A stretch of 63,893 bases of DNA, filler included, from Licmophora abbreviata (GCA_900291995.1; 11 parts of 11 records of this genome joined end to end with filler, not necessarily neighbours in it); one strand, 5' to 3'. Positions 10,228 through 22,367 are shown, counted from the first letter of the whole stretch. A program made the numbers and translations. Notes: generated by a model not told the origin, from the sequence alone.

Positions 10228-13200
10228 CTAGCCCCCATACATATTCTTTACTTCCTCCCACCCGACCGTAATCTCGTAAATAGTCGTATTCTCCATGTAC
10301 ACAACAGAAATTAGGTCGCCTCCGACAAAAATGAGATCGTCTTCGGAAGTCTCCGCTATCCGACGCTCTTTGTTCTCTTGACGTATTTGCTCCATTTGTT
10401 TTCTTGCAAATGCATTAATAGCAGACCGACCCCCTTTGCTGAGCGGAGGGGGAGGAGCATCCTCCTTCGTGTTTTTCAGAAAGCGTTCGCGTCGGTAGCC
10501 CGGGCATTGTATGCCACATGCGTCCAAATCTAGATCATCGAGAGTCATCGGATCTGCAGCGTTGTAGTTAACTTCATATCCCATGTCTTGAAGAGTGCCT
10601 ACCGTCATTCTTGACAGTGGTTGCTCTGAACCAGTAATCCATCCTGTCATTAGCTCATGGCGCATACAGGCTTCATCGTAATGTCCATCTTTGGTTCCTG
10701 GACCACCATCTTGCTCGACTGGAAGGACAGAGTAGGTACAGCCTTGTGTGAGCTGCTCCCATTCGTATTGGGCATGAGTTCCTGTAGCGTATTCCGGGCT
10801 GTCCGTGACGTGTAGGCCATTGCCAAAAACGGTGTTGTACGTCCACAAAGTACCAATTCCAAGAACCTAGGAAAGAATATGGATAAAAATGGCATAGGGG
10901 TGAGAAAAGCAACCTGGAACATGTTGGCGCTCAACGTGCTTTCTTTTACTTACATGTCCCATTTCGTGCAGTATCACGCCTTCGAGTAAGTCTCCTTGGA
11001 CCATCCCGGGGACGTCGGAAGAATCGAATTTCATGACCCCTGTTATTGAGATCCAATAGTTTTTCCCAGTTTTCGGATTGGTCGTTCCAGGTAGTTTTCG
11101 AATGTGATATGGCCCGGCAAACCCTAGAACACCTCCAACTCCATCAATAGGCTCGTCGCTACCACAGATGTACGTGTCATCAAGTACATCGGGCATCCCA
11201 TTGCAAATAGCAGCCCCCAATCTAGACGGCGCATTTCCGAACTGTGGTAAATCCCCCATGATGACAGACTCCCACTTGTTTTTTGCATTGATGAACGCTT
11301 GGGCGTCTTGAAGGGAGATGTCGACCAGATTCAAATCGAGACACATGCTACAACCAATCAAACAGTAAGATATGAGCGACGAATGGAAGTCGTCCTATCA
11401 ACCACCTCTCCAAGTCACGAACACTCACCGGTATGTTGATTCATCGTTGGAATGGCACGAAGACTGAAGACCGAATTCTACAAACGCGAGAGGGAACACG
11501 ATACGGGTCAGCTTGTGCACTCATGGCACTGGTTCCACCTCATGGCTGTGTCACTTACCGGCGGAAATCGACACCGAGGGGGATGTCGGCTCCGGGGTGG
11601 GAAAAGGAGTCCATTCAGGAGTAGGCCACGGTGTGGGTTCAGGCGTCGGCTCTGAAGTAGGCCACGGTGTGGGGAAAGGCGTCCATTGAGTTGGCCATGG
11701 AGTTGGCCATGGAGAGGGATATGGAGTTGGCTCTGGCGTAGGATACGGCGTGGGTTCTGCGGTGGGAAATTTTGTTGGGACAGCCGAAGGCATCATTGTG
11801 GAAGGTCCAGGTGTGGGCCATGGAGTTGGCTCTGGTGTCGGCTCGGGAGTCGGATGTGGTGTTGGGTCAGGTGTCGGCGCAAATGTTGGCCAAGGAGTAG
11901 GCTCTGGAGTTGGCCACCATGTTGGGTCGGGAGTAGGCCATGGCGTAGGCTCTGGAGTTGGCCACCATGTTGGGTCGGGAGTAGGCCATGGAGTAGGCTC
12001 TGGAGTTGGCCACCATGTTGGGTCGGGAGTAGGCGACGGCGTAGGCTCTGGAGTTGGCCACCATGTTGGGTCGGGAGTAGGCCATGGCGTAGGCTCTGGA
12101 GTTGGCCACGGTGTTGGGTCGGCTGTCGGCCAAGGAGTAGGCTCTGGAGTTGGCCACGGTGTTGGGTCGGCTGTCGGCTCTGGGGTTGGGTCAGGCGTTG
12201 GCCATGGGGTAGGTTCCGGGGTTGGTGCGGGAGTTTCTTGTGTGGGTATGAGCGTTGTAGGCGTAGGTTCAGGGGTTGGGTCGGGCGTTGGCCATGGGGT
12301 AGGTTCCGGGGTCGGCTCACCTGTTGGTTCTGGGGTGGGTTCGACTGTGGGCACCCAGGTGGATGGCGTTGGCTCAGGCGTGGGATCCGATGTTGGATCC
12401 GGTGTGGGCTCTGGGGTTGGCTCGGGTGTAGGATCGGGAGTCGGTTGAAGCGTCGGATATCGAGTTGGTTCCGGGGTCGGCTCACCCGATGGCTCTGGGG
12501 TGGGCTCGATCGTCGGTACCCAGGTGGACGGCGTGGGCTCGGGAGTCGATTCTGGAGTTGGAACATCAGTAGGTGCAACACCCTCAGCTTCTGGTGTGTC
12601 AGTTGGCCATGGTGTTGGTTCCGGAGTCGGCTGTTCAGTGACAATAGGGGCGGGCAGAGCTGCCGAATCAACAACTGTGAACGTTACACTCAATGCTCCT
12701 CCTGCCGCCTGAGAGGCTCCAGCACCTTCAAATGGAATTGCTGTGACTGTGTGCTCCCCGACTGAGAATGATCCTGATTTATAGTCTCCACCAGAATCTT
12801 GGAATAGCGCGTACGGTGCAACGTTCTCCGTATGATAATTCTGGTTATCGTCAAATTGGAATTTCACCGAGCCAGCATTGCCCACAACGTTGGCCCGCAT
12901 ATTGAGGGCAGCGCCAACTACCGATAGATTTATCGTGCTTCCACCTTGCAAAGAGGCTCCGATCGGAAGGTTGGTGTTCGCATCAATCAGAGATAGACTC
13001 TCAACATACATTGAATCGATTGACGAGTCCGTCGGTTGCTTCGTGGGTACCATTGAGGGTGCAGAAATCGGAGGAGCTGGAGGACTGGTCACATCAATGA
13101 CCTCGATAGTTAGAACAAGAGTTGCACCCCTCGTTCCTTGCGCTTGCTCGTACAAATAGGGTGTCGCTGTGATGGTATGAGTACCAACCTTAGACAGACG

Positions 13201-13505
13201 AGGGACAGGAGAATAGTCACCATTGGTGTCGCCACTCAACGACCAGGGCTGCACATTCTCGGTCTGATCTAGCGCTGGCTTCCCGTCCAGCTCAAAGACG
13301 ACAGACCCTACGGTCCCAACAGTATCTGCGCGTACTGAGAGCGAGGTTCCCGTTTCCGATAGGTGAATGTGATCGCCATTCATAAGACCGAAGATCTCCT
13401 CATTTGTGTCAGCATTGATCAGCGAGAAACCCGTCACTACTCCTTGGCCGGCTACGGCGCAAAGAGACGATAAAAGATGACAATGGAGAGGGAAATAGAT
13501 CTCAT
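10228..13505 (-). CDS. Secreted leishmanolysin-like (M8) metalloprotease #2 with two beta-sandwich repeats and a long Pro/Thr stalk (1-nt frameshift in signal peptide)
   Basis: Exons 13505-11559, 11477-11429, 11347-10954, 10866-10228. [31 protein letters not shown]. Adding one base to the A4 run at 13472-13475 restores the signal peptide [20 protein letters not shown]. Confidence 0.87.
11585..12630 (-). repeat. Coding tandem repeat: [16 protein letters not shown] mucin-like stalk (12-bp basic unit, ~48-bp higher-order unit at ~11894-12100)
   Basis: Repeated ggagtaggctctggagttggccaccatgttgggtcgggagtaggccat-like units; translation is (PTxx)n. Confidence 0.95.
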
Positions 13506-13989
13506 CTTCGACTAGTCAGGCCCTCAGTCACCATTCCCAATGCGAGAGTGGATAATACGATGGAGTGTTGGATTTCGAAAGGTGAAGCCTCATGAGAATA
13601 ACGCTCTCGAAGGCCGGCGAGCTCGGCGTTATGACATAGTATCGGATGCCCACTGAGCACTGCTGTACAGATTGTAGACCAAGTCTAAGACATTGTACAT
13701 AGAAAATGTCCAAAGAAGGCGCCAGCTTTCCATCGACAGACTGTCAGTGAGTGAATCCACGATTCACGCATCCGTGACCGAGCATGTGGCGCGACTGCCC
13801 ATTCACGGCGCATACTATTAGTGTCAACTTTTTGTCCAAACCATCCGGAGATGAGCCTCAATTGCGACTTACGGTACACTGACGCCAATGCTAATCATCA
13901 CGCATCAGTGACTCGTGTGATCATTGGGAAGCGTAGCTACGTATGGTTATTGTCGATGCGGAAGTGCTGGCAGTCTTCTAACATCCTCG

Positions 13990-14680
13990 TTCTATTTCGA
14001 ATCCTCCCATCTACCGCAATGACTGGCGCCGCCTCCAACAAAGGCGGGCTTCCGCTGGCTCATTTAAGCAACGACCTTCGCTCGCAGGAAGCCGCCCAAA
14101 CTCTATGGTGGCATTTCTCACAGTATAGCTGTCTCACTCTTTGCGCAATGACAGTCTACTCGCTGCGGTCTGGCTGTCATCTCTCAGCGGACCCACTCGA
14201 AAAAATTGTTCAGTGCCCATTTGGACCCGGCAAAGATCTCCGGAAACGGTGATATTCAAGTCAAGTGGGGTGAAAACATAGGCTTCGGGGTTTTTAATCG
14301 GATACCCAAGGTCGATTAAACTGCTCACGACTATTCGTGGCGGCGACTTATTTCCGAAAATACAACTGGAAGTGACGCGGCTCGTTGTCGGTGACCTCCT
14401 TCAGCAGCGATGGGACCTGACGACCTGACGGGTTCGGTGATGAACAAGTCCCATGTCCATCGATTGTACTCGCTCCTTTAGAGGCCTTTCAATTTTTCTT
14501 TTAGAACGCGAGTGTCCTATTTCGAGCAGATTTATCAGAAGATGGCACAAAAATGATCGTCTCGTCTTCGCTCAATGCCAATCTCAGCTCCTTTGCAAGA
14601 AACACCGGTGAGCGGGTCGATGGAACACTAGCCTATCGTTTCCGGCCTTGCCGAAGCCATAAAAAAGGTCAGGAGTTGAG
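13990..14680 (-). pseudogene. Decayed third copy of the M8 metalloprotease catalytic region
   Basis: Collinear fragments across frames and stops: IDPLTG..A.IG, LLEIGH (14529-14512), SGPIAAEGG, RIVVSSLIDLGYPIKNPEAYVFTPLDLNITVSGDLC (aligns without gaps to [36 protein letters not shown]), FVGG. Confidence 0.6.
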
Positions 14681-15035
14681 AGCAGCTTTCGTTGCTTAGA
14701 TTGCATCGCTCGAACATGCCAGTGCTGTATCTGGCTAACGTGAAAGCATTTAGCAGAACACGGCTAATGTTGCTTTGTTGTCGTCAGCGTTGTTGTGACT
14801 GGCCTGTTGGCTCTTCAGAACTTTGCTTCGGTGGATTGAATCTTCTAGACAGTTGTGGACAGGTCGTTTGTCTCACCAGAGTATCTTTTGTCTTGTCCAT
14901 GTAGTAACGCAACATCGCTGGTAGTCTAGTCGCCCGGCATATGCAAAGGGTTCACGCAGCTAGGAATAACAGGCATCAACTGAATGCGGATGGCATCCGA
15001 GCGCGCATTGCGACGCGCTGGCCCAGCCCTTTTTC

Positions 15036-15135
15036 NNNNNNNNNNNNNNNNNNNNNNNNNNNNNNNNNNNNNNNNNNNNTTAATTAATTAANNNNNNNNN
15101 NNNNNNNNNNNNNNNNNNNNNNNNNNNNNNNNNNN
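15036..15135. other. Artificial scaffold linker
   Basis: N44-TTAATTAATTAA-N44. Confidence 0.98.
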
Positions 15136-15177
15136 ACAGTCTTCCACACGTCACATTGAAACAAAGCACACAAAAAG

Positions 15178-16575
15178 ATGACAGCTCAAACGAGCTATCT
15201 CACGATGACCGGGACACGGAGACGACTCCCACAGTGGAGATTGATCTTCCTCTTGATAGCTTCTAACGTTGCTCTGTTCTCAAATTTGTCGGTGTTGAGA
15301 CAACTGCATACATCGCAGACTATTTGGAACGGAGGCGAGCGGGCTGTCATCTCCTATCCTCCGGGGCACAATCAAGATGACTCCATGCATCCTCGTCAAC
15401 CACGAGATGCCGTCGAAGAGACGCTGATCTTCGATTCTACTCGAAAATCTCGACCTGCGCCATTTAGCAATTATGCCTACGCGTTTCTTGTGGCTGGATG
15501 TAATCACGATACGCCCGCGTGTCTGGGCTACTTGTACAACATTCTGAACGCTAGGTATATTCTGAATGAGACAGGCTCAACCGCCGATATGGTGGTCATG
15601 GTACGCATGGCGAGCGATTCATCGTCAGAGTATCTTCCGTTCGATCAAGCCAAACTTTTGAATGACAACGGAATCCGAATAACGTACCTACCGAGAGCTG
15701 CCCAGGATAATTTCTACTCTGCCGTCATGGATAAGTTCTACATTCTCAACATGACCGAGTACCGTCGTGTCCTCTATCTCGACAGCGACGTAATCCCATT
15801 GTGTAACTTGGACTACGTCTTCCATTTATCGGATGGAGATCACCCTGTTCTGAAAGAAAACTTTGTTATTACGTGGCAGAACGAGCCTGCCCAAGGTGGA
15901 TTCTTCATGCTCAAACCTGGTCGTGGAGAGCTCGAAGAGCTCCAGGGTATCGTAGAGGCCCAAGAAGCAAAGATGCAAGACAAAAACGAAGATTGGAACG
16001 AAACCATTGGATGGGGACATAAGATTGAGGCGCCAGACTCATGGCAATCACTGAGGAAGGCAAACCAAACATGCTGGAATTTCTATGGAGCATATGCCGA
16101 CCAAGGATTGCTTTATCACTGGACCAAGTACGTCAAAAAGAGCGTATCGATCGTTATCTTCGATACTCTACAGACATGGTCAGCCACGCGAATGGACGGC
16201 ATTGATCTTGTACACCTGGAGCGAACGGATCCAGGAGTGCTCGACAAATACACATGTTCTGAAATGGACCTGGGCGGTGCAGCACGTCTACGCCATGCCC
16301 CCATGAAGGACTTTTACCATTTCGCTGGACACGAAAAACCGTGGACCAAGACGTACGAGAAACTGCCGATCGACGTATTGGATACCAAATCGGCGGAAAC
16401 GCCTGTGCAGCTTTGGTTCCACGCCGCCCGAAACGTGATCGCGCGAAACCATCTCACCATAGATCCTATGAACATGACAGATCTAACAGTCGGTCCGCTA
16501 GGCAAGACTCTTGTACGAAAGATGAAACTTGCATCTATAGTGGCAAAACGAGACAAAATGTCCGATTTCCACTAA
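15178..16575 (+). CDS. Type II membrane GT8-family (glycogenin-like) glycosyltransferase
   Basis: N-terminal TM; KFYILNMTEYRRVLYLDSD (DxD), ADQGLL, HFAGHEKPW. Intronless. Confidence 0.85.
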   Translation: MTAQTSYLTMTGTRRRLPQWRLIFLLIASNVALFSNLSVLRQLHTSQTIWNGGERAVISYPPGHNQDDSMHPRQPRDAVEETLIFDSTRKSRPAPFSNYAYAFLVAGCNHDTPACLGYLYNILNARYILNETGSTADMVVMVRMASDSSSEYLPFDQAKLLNDNGIRITYLPRAAQDNFYSAVMDKFYILNMTEYRRVLYLDSDVIPLCNLDYVFHLSDGDHPVLKENFVITWQNEPAQGGFFMLKPGRGELEELQGIVEAQEAKMQDKNEDWNETIGWGHKIEAPDSWQSLRKANQTCWNFYGAYADQGLLYHWTKYVKKSVSIVIFDTLQTWSATRMDGIDLVHLERTDPGVLDKYTCSEMDLGGAARLRHAPMKDFYHFAGHEKPWTKTYEKLPIDVLDTKSAETPVQLWFHAARNVIARNHLTIDPMNMTDLTVGPLGKTLVRKMKLASIVAKRDKMSDFH

Positions 16576-17998
16576 TAAGAACTCGATTTCTTACATCGGT
16601 CCGACGATCGCCGGTATGTATTCGCCGTGGACACCCGAGCTTTTCTTTCACGCTCCTTTCGACAAGATTCGCATACACAGGTATCCAGGCATGATGGGCA
16701 GCTGCAGTACGATGGGGTAGACACATAGCGCTGTTAGTAATATAGTGCGTTGTAGCCAACAGTCGCCATTGTCGGGCAAAATCTTTCGCGTACTATACTC
16801 ACTGCCAGTCCTTTTCATTTGCTTGGACCGCCCCATCCCAGTCGTCATGATGAGGTTCCCCATATTTTGCTTCCAAACACTGACGACAAAACTTCTTTGT
16901 ACAGCGACTGCCATTTGCAAACCAATACGCGCATCGTCGGTACATGGTAGAGCTCGACTTGCAGTCATGACATCTTCGCGGCGGAACAAGATCGCGTCGT
17001 TCGGAATGCCGGCGGCTGGAGAGTTTTGAAGAAGGAGAAGAGTTCAGTTTGGTATTGTCAACGTGTGTCCCATCCTCATTGTCGTTCTGGATACTTGATG
17101 ACAGGGATGGGGATGGTTTTCGTTTCTTGGGGGCAGTATCAGTAGTGGTGGTGCTGGTGGTCGGCGCCAATAATGTTTTGCTGGGGCGCGACGGAAGACG
17201 TTCTGTTTGGTACAGCCGATGATCTTTTCGTATCTTCCCGGATGCAGGGCCCATGGCAGTCTCTTTTTCTTCTGGTGAGGTTGGCAGTATGCTAGCCCTG
17301 TTCGGATTTGCCGTCGGTGCTGCATGGAGCATCAAGCGATGAGACGGCAGAGGTCTGGGAGTAGCTCCTTCCGGAACAGCTGCACGGCGACTTTCCGGCA
17401 CAGCATCCTGGGCCAATGGAAGGGCACCTGGCCTTTTGCGCGTATGAATTCCTATGGAAGTCCCGCTGGCGGATGCATAGCTTGCATCCCTCGATGCAGC
17501 CTGATGATGTTTCGAACGAGCCGTCATCATGGCTTGTAGGTGATCGTCAATGAGCTTCCTGGCAGCCTTCTCCTTCTGTTTCTCCTGTTCCATCCATCGA
17601 TTGTAATGATCGTAATCGTCCAACGTGTAGTTTCCCTCCAGAGCTTCTGTCAGACACAGCCAACGCGCCACATCCGGAGCATAGTGTTCGCGCAAAACAG
17701 TAGCCTCTGGCCGCGACGACGCTTCGTCTGCGGCACGCTCCAGTCTCTGTCGCAGCTCGATCGCGAGCCGATGCTGTTCTACCTCACGTTTCTTCCGACT
17801 CGGTTCTCGAGCTTCTGCTGTCCATAGACTGTCGGTATCATTGTGATTCCCCACTACTACGATGCGCTTTCCTTGAAGCTGTTGGCGCAATCGGACGACT
17901 GCCGCGGGCGTGGATGATGATGATGATGATGATGATGGCGGACCATGATGATGACTCGGATCATGGTCGTCGTCGTCGTCATTCAGAAGACGATTCAT
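16572..17998 (-). CDS. Protein with C-terminal 4xCXXC (zf-4CXXC_R1/CDCA7-like) zinc finger
   Basis: Exons 17998-16803, 16701-16572. CHDC..RC..CTKKFCRQCL..YG..WH|CPSCLDTCVCESCR; the N-terminus is low-complexity. Confidence 0.82.
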
Positions 17999-18295
17999 TC
18001 AATGAAGACTGCAGTCAAGGCTGATTCTACCTTTCTTCCATCGTCGCTCCTATAGCTTCCCATGATACTGTTGGATGCTGTGATCATCCATCTTTACACA
18101 TTCTCATCGTCGCTGTGTGATTGTGTTGCCGCGAGCCTTTCCCATTCGATTGCGATCCGATCTGCCACGTGGAAGCAAACCGCTTTTTGGCGCGCCACAC
18201 GACGATTTGTGTTGTTTTTGTGTTTCGTGTTCACTGCGGATTTCGAAGCTCAAGATCCAGCACAGCAACAACAACAACCCCACTCTATACAAACA

Positions 18296-21200
18296 ATGGA
18301 AGCAAAGCAGTCAACAGATCGCGCATCAGGGGAAGCACCCGTAGAGGAGACTACGAAAGAGATCTCATCGCATCCTCGAGAAAGTCGAAAACGTTTGCGG
18401 GCTGATATTCAAGACATGAGTCTGGAGGACGACTCGAAACATCACGACGACATGACCACTTCACACAATCCTCTTGTCTTGCGTCGGATGCGACTCGAAG
18501 CCATTTTTCATCCCAAATTTGAAAATGAAGGTCCAAAGCAAAAGAAATCTCTCAACAACAAGAACGACGACCAACAGATCGACCCAACCTCCGAGACGAC
18601 TGAAGATGACTTTGATCCATCGGACATTCGCTCATCAATGAAGCATCGGGTCCACCAGGGAAAGGGATATCTGGAAGTTTCCCTGAAGCATTCGGGATCT
18701 TTACTGCTGTGGAGTGGAGGGCAGCGCTACTACAGCAAGAACTCGACACATAATCTCTATACTCATGTCGGAGAAATCTTGCTACGACAGCATTTTGCAA
18801 GAGCGTGGTGGAGTGAAGGTTCAAAGGACGATACGACCGCTCCTGCTACTAGCCTGGAACAAGCGTATCAGGAATGCAGTGACTATGTTGAGAAGCATCG
18901 CTTGACGCTGGCTTTTGAGGTCGTCACGTCTCTATTGGGGCACCACGGGGCACTTCCACACCGCGACTTTCTTATCTTGACGGCTATTGCAGATCGACAA
19001 CAGGAAGGCTTCTACACAACAGAGCAGTTGCTGGAATTCTGTCAACGCTACCGACTGCCACACAATGACTTTTGGGCGTTCTTTGAAGATGCCTCTGTCC
19101 AGTGTCTCTTTCACTTGTACGATACTACACGAGAAACAGGCATGGCGCCAGATACTGAAAAGGCATTGAATCAGGCGGCAGATGCACACGTTGCGAGTCT
19201 GTATCCGCATGTTGCCTTTCAGGGCAACCTGTTAGAGGGAATCGTGATTCGATATGTGGAAAACGGTGGTGGGGTGTCGTCCGATTCCATGAAAGAACAG
19301 CACTTGAAGAGTTGGAGTCTTTTGTCGACCCGAGCGGAAGAAATCTTAGTGAAAGTCCCTCCTACCGCACCTCCATCGTTTGTGCTTGCCAAGCAACCCG
19401 GCGTTGTGGAAAGCCAGTTTCCAGCCGTCCTGACAACAGATATTCGAACACTCTCGAGTCTAACGGAAGACAGTTGCAAGATTCTTTTGGACAGCGATGT
19501 GGGCAGACGACGAGTCGTAGAGCGCAACTCCGATATCGATGTGTTGCAGTTGGTCCGCCGTTTGTTGCCGCTGGAAAGCAATAGTCTTGACGATGAGACG
19601 AGACGCATCGCGCAGTTGCTGCTGACTCTTGACAGTCTCAAGGCGCTTGTGAATTACAGTGTCGCAACAGAGACGTCTGTGGGTGCTACTACTTCACGGT
19701 GGCTATGTACGATTCATATTCGGTTTGATACGACGCATAAGAAGTTCCGATCAAGACGTGTCAAGGGAGGGATGGAGCTGTTTCGCGGCTTCACTATCGA
19801 ACTGGACTGTGGTCACCAAGATGGAAATGTACTTGGTGTCAATGGCATTGTAAGTCATGTCGATGAGCGCAAGTTTCAGAAGGACACTGCTGACAAGGAT
19901 AGCCTCATGCTCAAGATGAAGTTCCTTCCTTACATGATTCGTACTTTTGGATGCCGTAACGGCTTGTCCGTGATAGCGACAAAGGGTCCTGCTGCATTTT
20001 CCCAGTTCACAATGAACTTAATGAGGCGATGGGGCATATCGGACCCCTCTGTTGCTAAGTGGCAACCTTTCTTCGACTCGTGGGGGTTATATGCCAAATC
20101 TTGTCTCGACGGCGAGACGACAGAGAACACAAACGATGAACTACCTCCCCTCACGCAGGCGGACTATTTGTATCACTTTGATCATTTTGCGAAACTTTAC
20201 GAGAGCGGTAGAATCTCAGGGACCGTAGCTCCGTCTACTATATCGACAAGTACATTTCGTGGACTTGTTGTGGTTTTGTCGCTTACAAAGGAAAATGCAG
20301 ACTTTGCAGCCGATTCTGTTGCATCCTCGCTCGGTGGGCTTCGTCGATGCCAGAATATCAAAGCGATCACGATGTATGAACTCGCAATGTCTTGTGCGGT
20401 GACTGGTGGCGGCCTTGTCTGTAGTGCTAGCGTTGACGAGGGTGTCAAGGCGGTGCGTCGACACGTGAAGACTCACGCGAATTCCATATTTGTACTGCTG
20501 TTCGGATGTGACGAAGCCAGTATTGCATCCGTGTTCGTCGAAGCAACCGCAACAGAACGGAAGGTACGAAGCGGAGAGGTGAATTCGTGGCGCAAGACCC
20601 GCTGCAAAGCTGTTGTTGAACTTGCAGATTCGCTTTCTAGAATTAACAACGCTGGAGAAGCTGGGTCTGCCAAGCTCGCGCCGAGCGATGAGTTCAATGC
20701 TGCGTTGAAGCAGCTAGCAGACTTGTCTGAGAATGTGCCGGTCGTCGATATCCGTCCTGGACTCCTCGTCTTCTTTCCCAGTATCCCTGGGTCAGGCAAA
20801 TCATCCCTTTCGAACGACGAGGCAAAAACGGAGCTCGAGGCAATCATGAAGGATAAGTCCGATAGCGAGGGGTCTTCTCGAGGCCGCAAGATAGCGATTC
20901 TCATCGGTGACGAAATGAAGAAGAAATACTGGTCGCAGGTAGGAGAAGAGCGTGGAAAAGTCCCCTCTAGTGTTGTGATTGCTGACAAGAACGCCCCTCC
21001 GACGGCCTGGGAGGCGGTCGGCACTGCCTGCTCGAAATCATCCGGTGTTGCTGTGCCCGTACTGCCAGACGATGTCGCGTTGGCGACAACTTCCGTGTCG
21101 GGCGTTCAGATGCCCGAAGCTTCTATCGAAGAGGGGCGCGTTCATGTGTATCCTTTCTCTTTACGTTACCTTGCTGTTTGCATTGCGCGTGTCTTGTCTC

Positions 21201-22317
21201 GACCGCCCGGCTCGCACGCTGGACAACTTGACTGTTCTACAGAGAACGTTTGTATGGTGGTTGTCAAGTTTTTTGCATTTTATCGAAGACATTGCGCAGA
21301 GGATTTCGTTGAATCTATTTGGTCGGGCGTTAGTACTCAAACGTCGTCTAAGCCGATTCGGGTTCCTTTCTTTGCCAATCGCGAACTCCCGAACCTGCCA
21401 CCGGAATTAGAACAAATTCTTATCAGGGCGTTGCAGGTTCAGGTACGGTGACATGCAACGACTGTTACTGTTGAAACCATGAATTTGTTCTCATATATTG
21501 TCGTTTGCTTCTCTCACTTCAGTACGGCAACGATATCACAGAGCGCGATGGCAACCAAGTTGGAGCTGACACGATGCGAGACATGGAAATGGAGCTCCGC
21601 AAAGTGGTGGGAGATCATTCGTCCATGCTCCTGGCAATGACGGCAGACGAAGACACCTCAAGACGAGCATTTGTATCGCAAATCGTAGAAAAGGTATCTG
21701 AGCTCCCGACGAGCACACCAATTACTGTGCCGCCGACGACGGCATTGTCGAGTGTACCGTATCCCATTGTCTTGGCATCAGTGGATGTCAACGTTGAAGA
21801 CGTGCATGAAATTCTCCGCTCCAACCAAAGCAGCGCGATTGCTTTTCTAGAGAAGGTGCTGCTGCCCGAAGATGCCGATGGAACGGCAGGTCGCTATTCC
21901 GGAGATGGTTTTGTCACCGACACACACGTCACAATGGCTCACATGTCGGAAGCGACTCAGTCGGTGCTACGAGAGTCATTCGGAAACTTGATTGGAGACG
22001 CGGTAGACGTGACCGTGTCTGGCTTGATGTACAACCACCGCGTGGCTGCACTGCAAGTCGAGGTGGCTGGCCACGTGTCAAATGACCCCAACAAAGCAGT
22101 CCCAGCCTGCAACAACAAGTTCTCCCATGTTACGCTGTGGCACGATAAAGACACACACGCTGTCAAGTCAAATACGCTACCAGCCCTCGTGGAGAGTGGA
22201 AGCGCTTTCCTTGTGGAGTTCGAGAAGTCGGCAACATTACGTGGTCATATTTCTTTTTGGGGTCGAGACAGGAGCGACCCGATAGGGTCTTCTAGCGCCA
22301 AGGAGCACCAAAAGTAG
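18296..22317 (+). CDS. RNL: Plant-type trifunctional tRNA/RNA ligase (adenylyltransferase + polynucleotide kinase + 2',3'-cyclic phosphodiesterase)
   Basis: Exons 18296-21442, 21523-22317. EVSLKHSGSL (motif I Lys), YSKNS, FEVVT..LGHHG, LEGIVIR, LKMKFLPY, P-loop PSIPGSGKS, ADKNAP, two HxT motifs (THVT, SHVT). An in-frame ATG ~230 nt further upstream is also possible. Confidence 0.88.
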
Positions 22318-22367
22318 TGGGTTTAAGCTATACAATCTAGATTCAAGTTGGGCAATGGTGCTTCTGA

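Noticed and set aside
11686..12765. Antisense and alternate-frame ORFs (W/R-rich, GVGS-rich) and a CRISPR-like look of the repeats
   Set aside because: Shadows of the PT coding repeat; there are no unique spacers and no cas genes.
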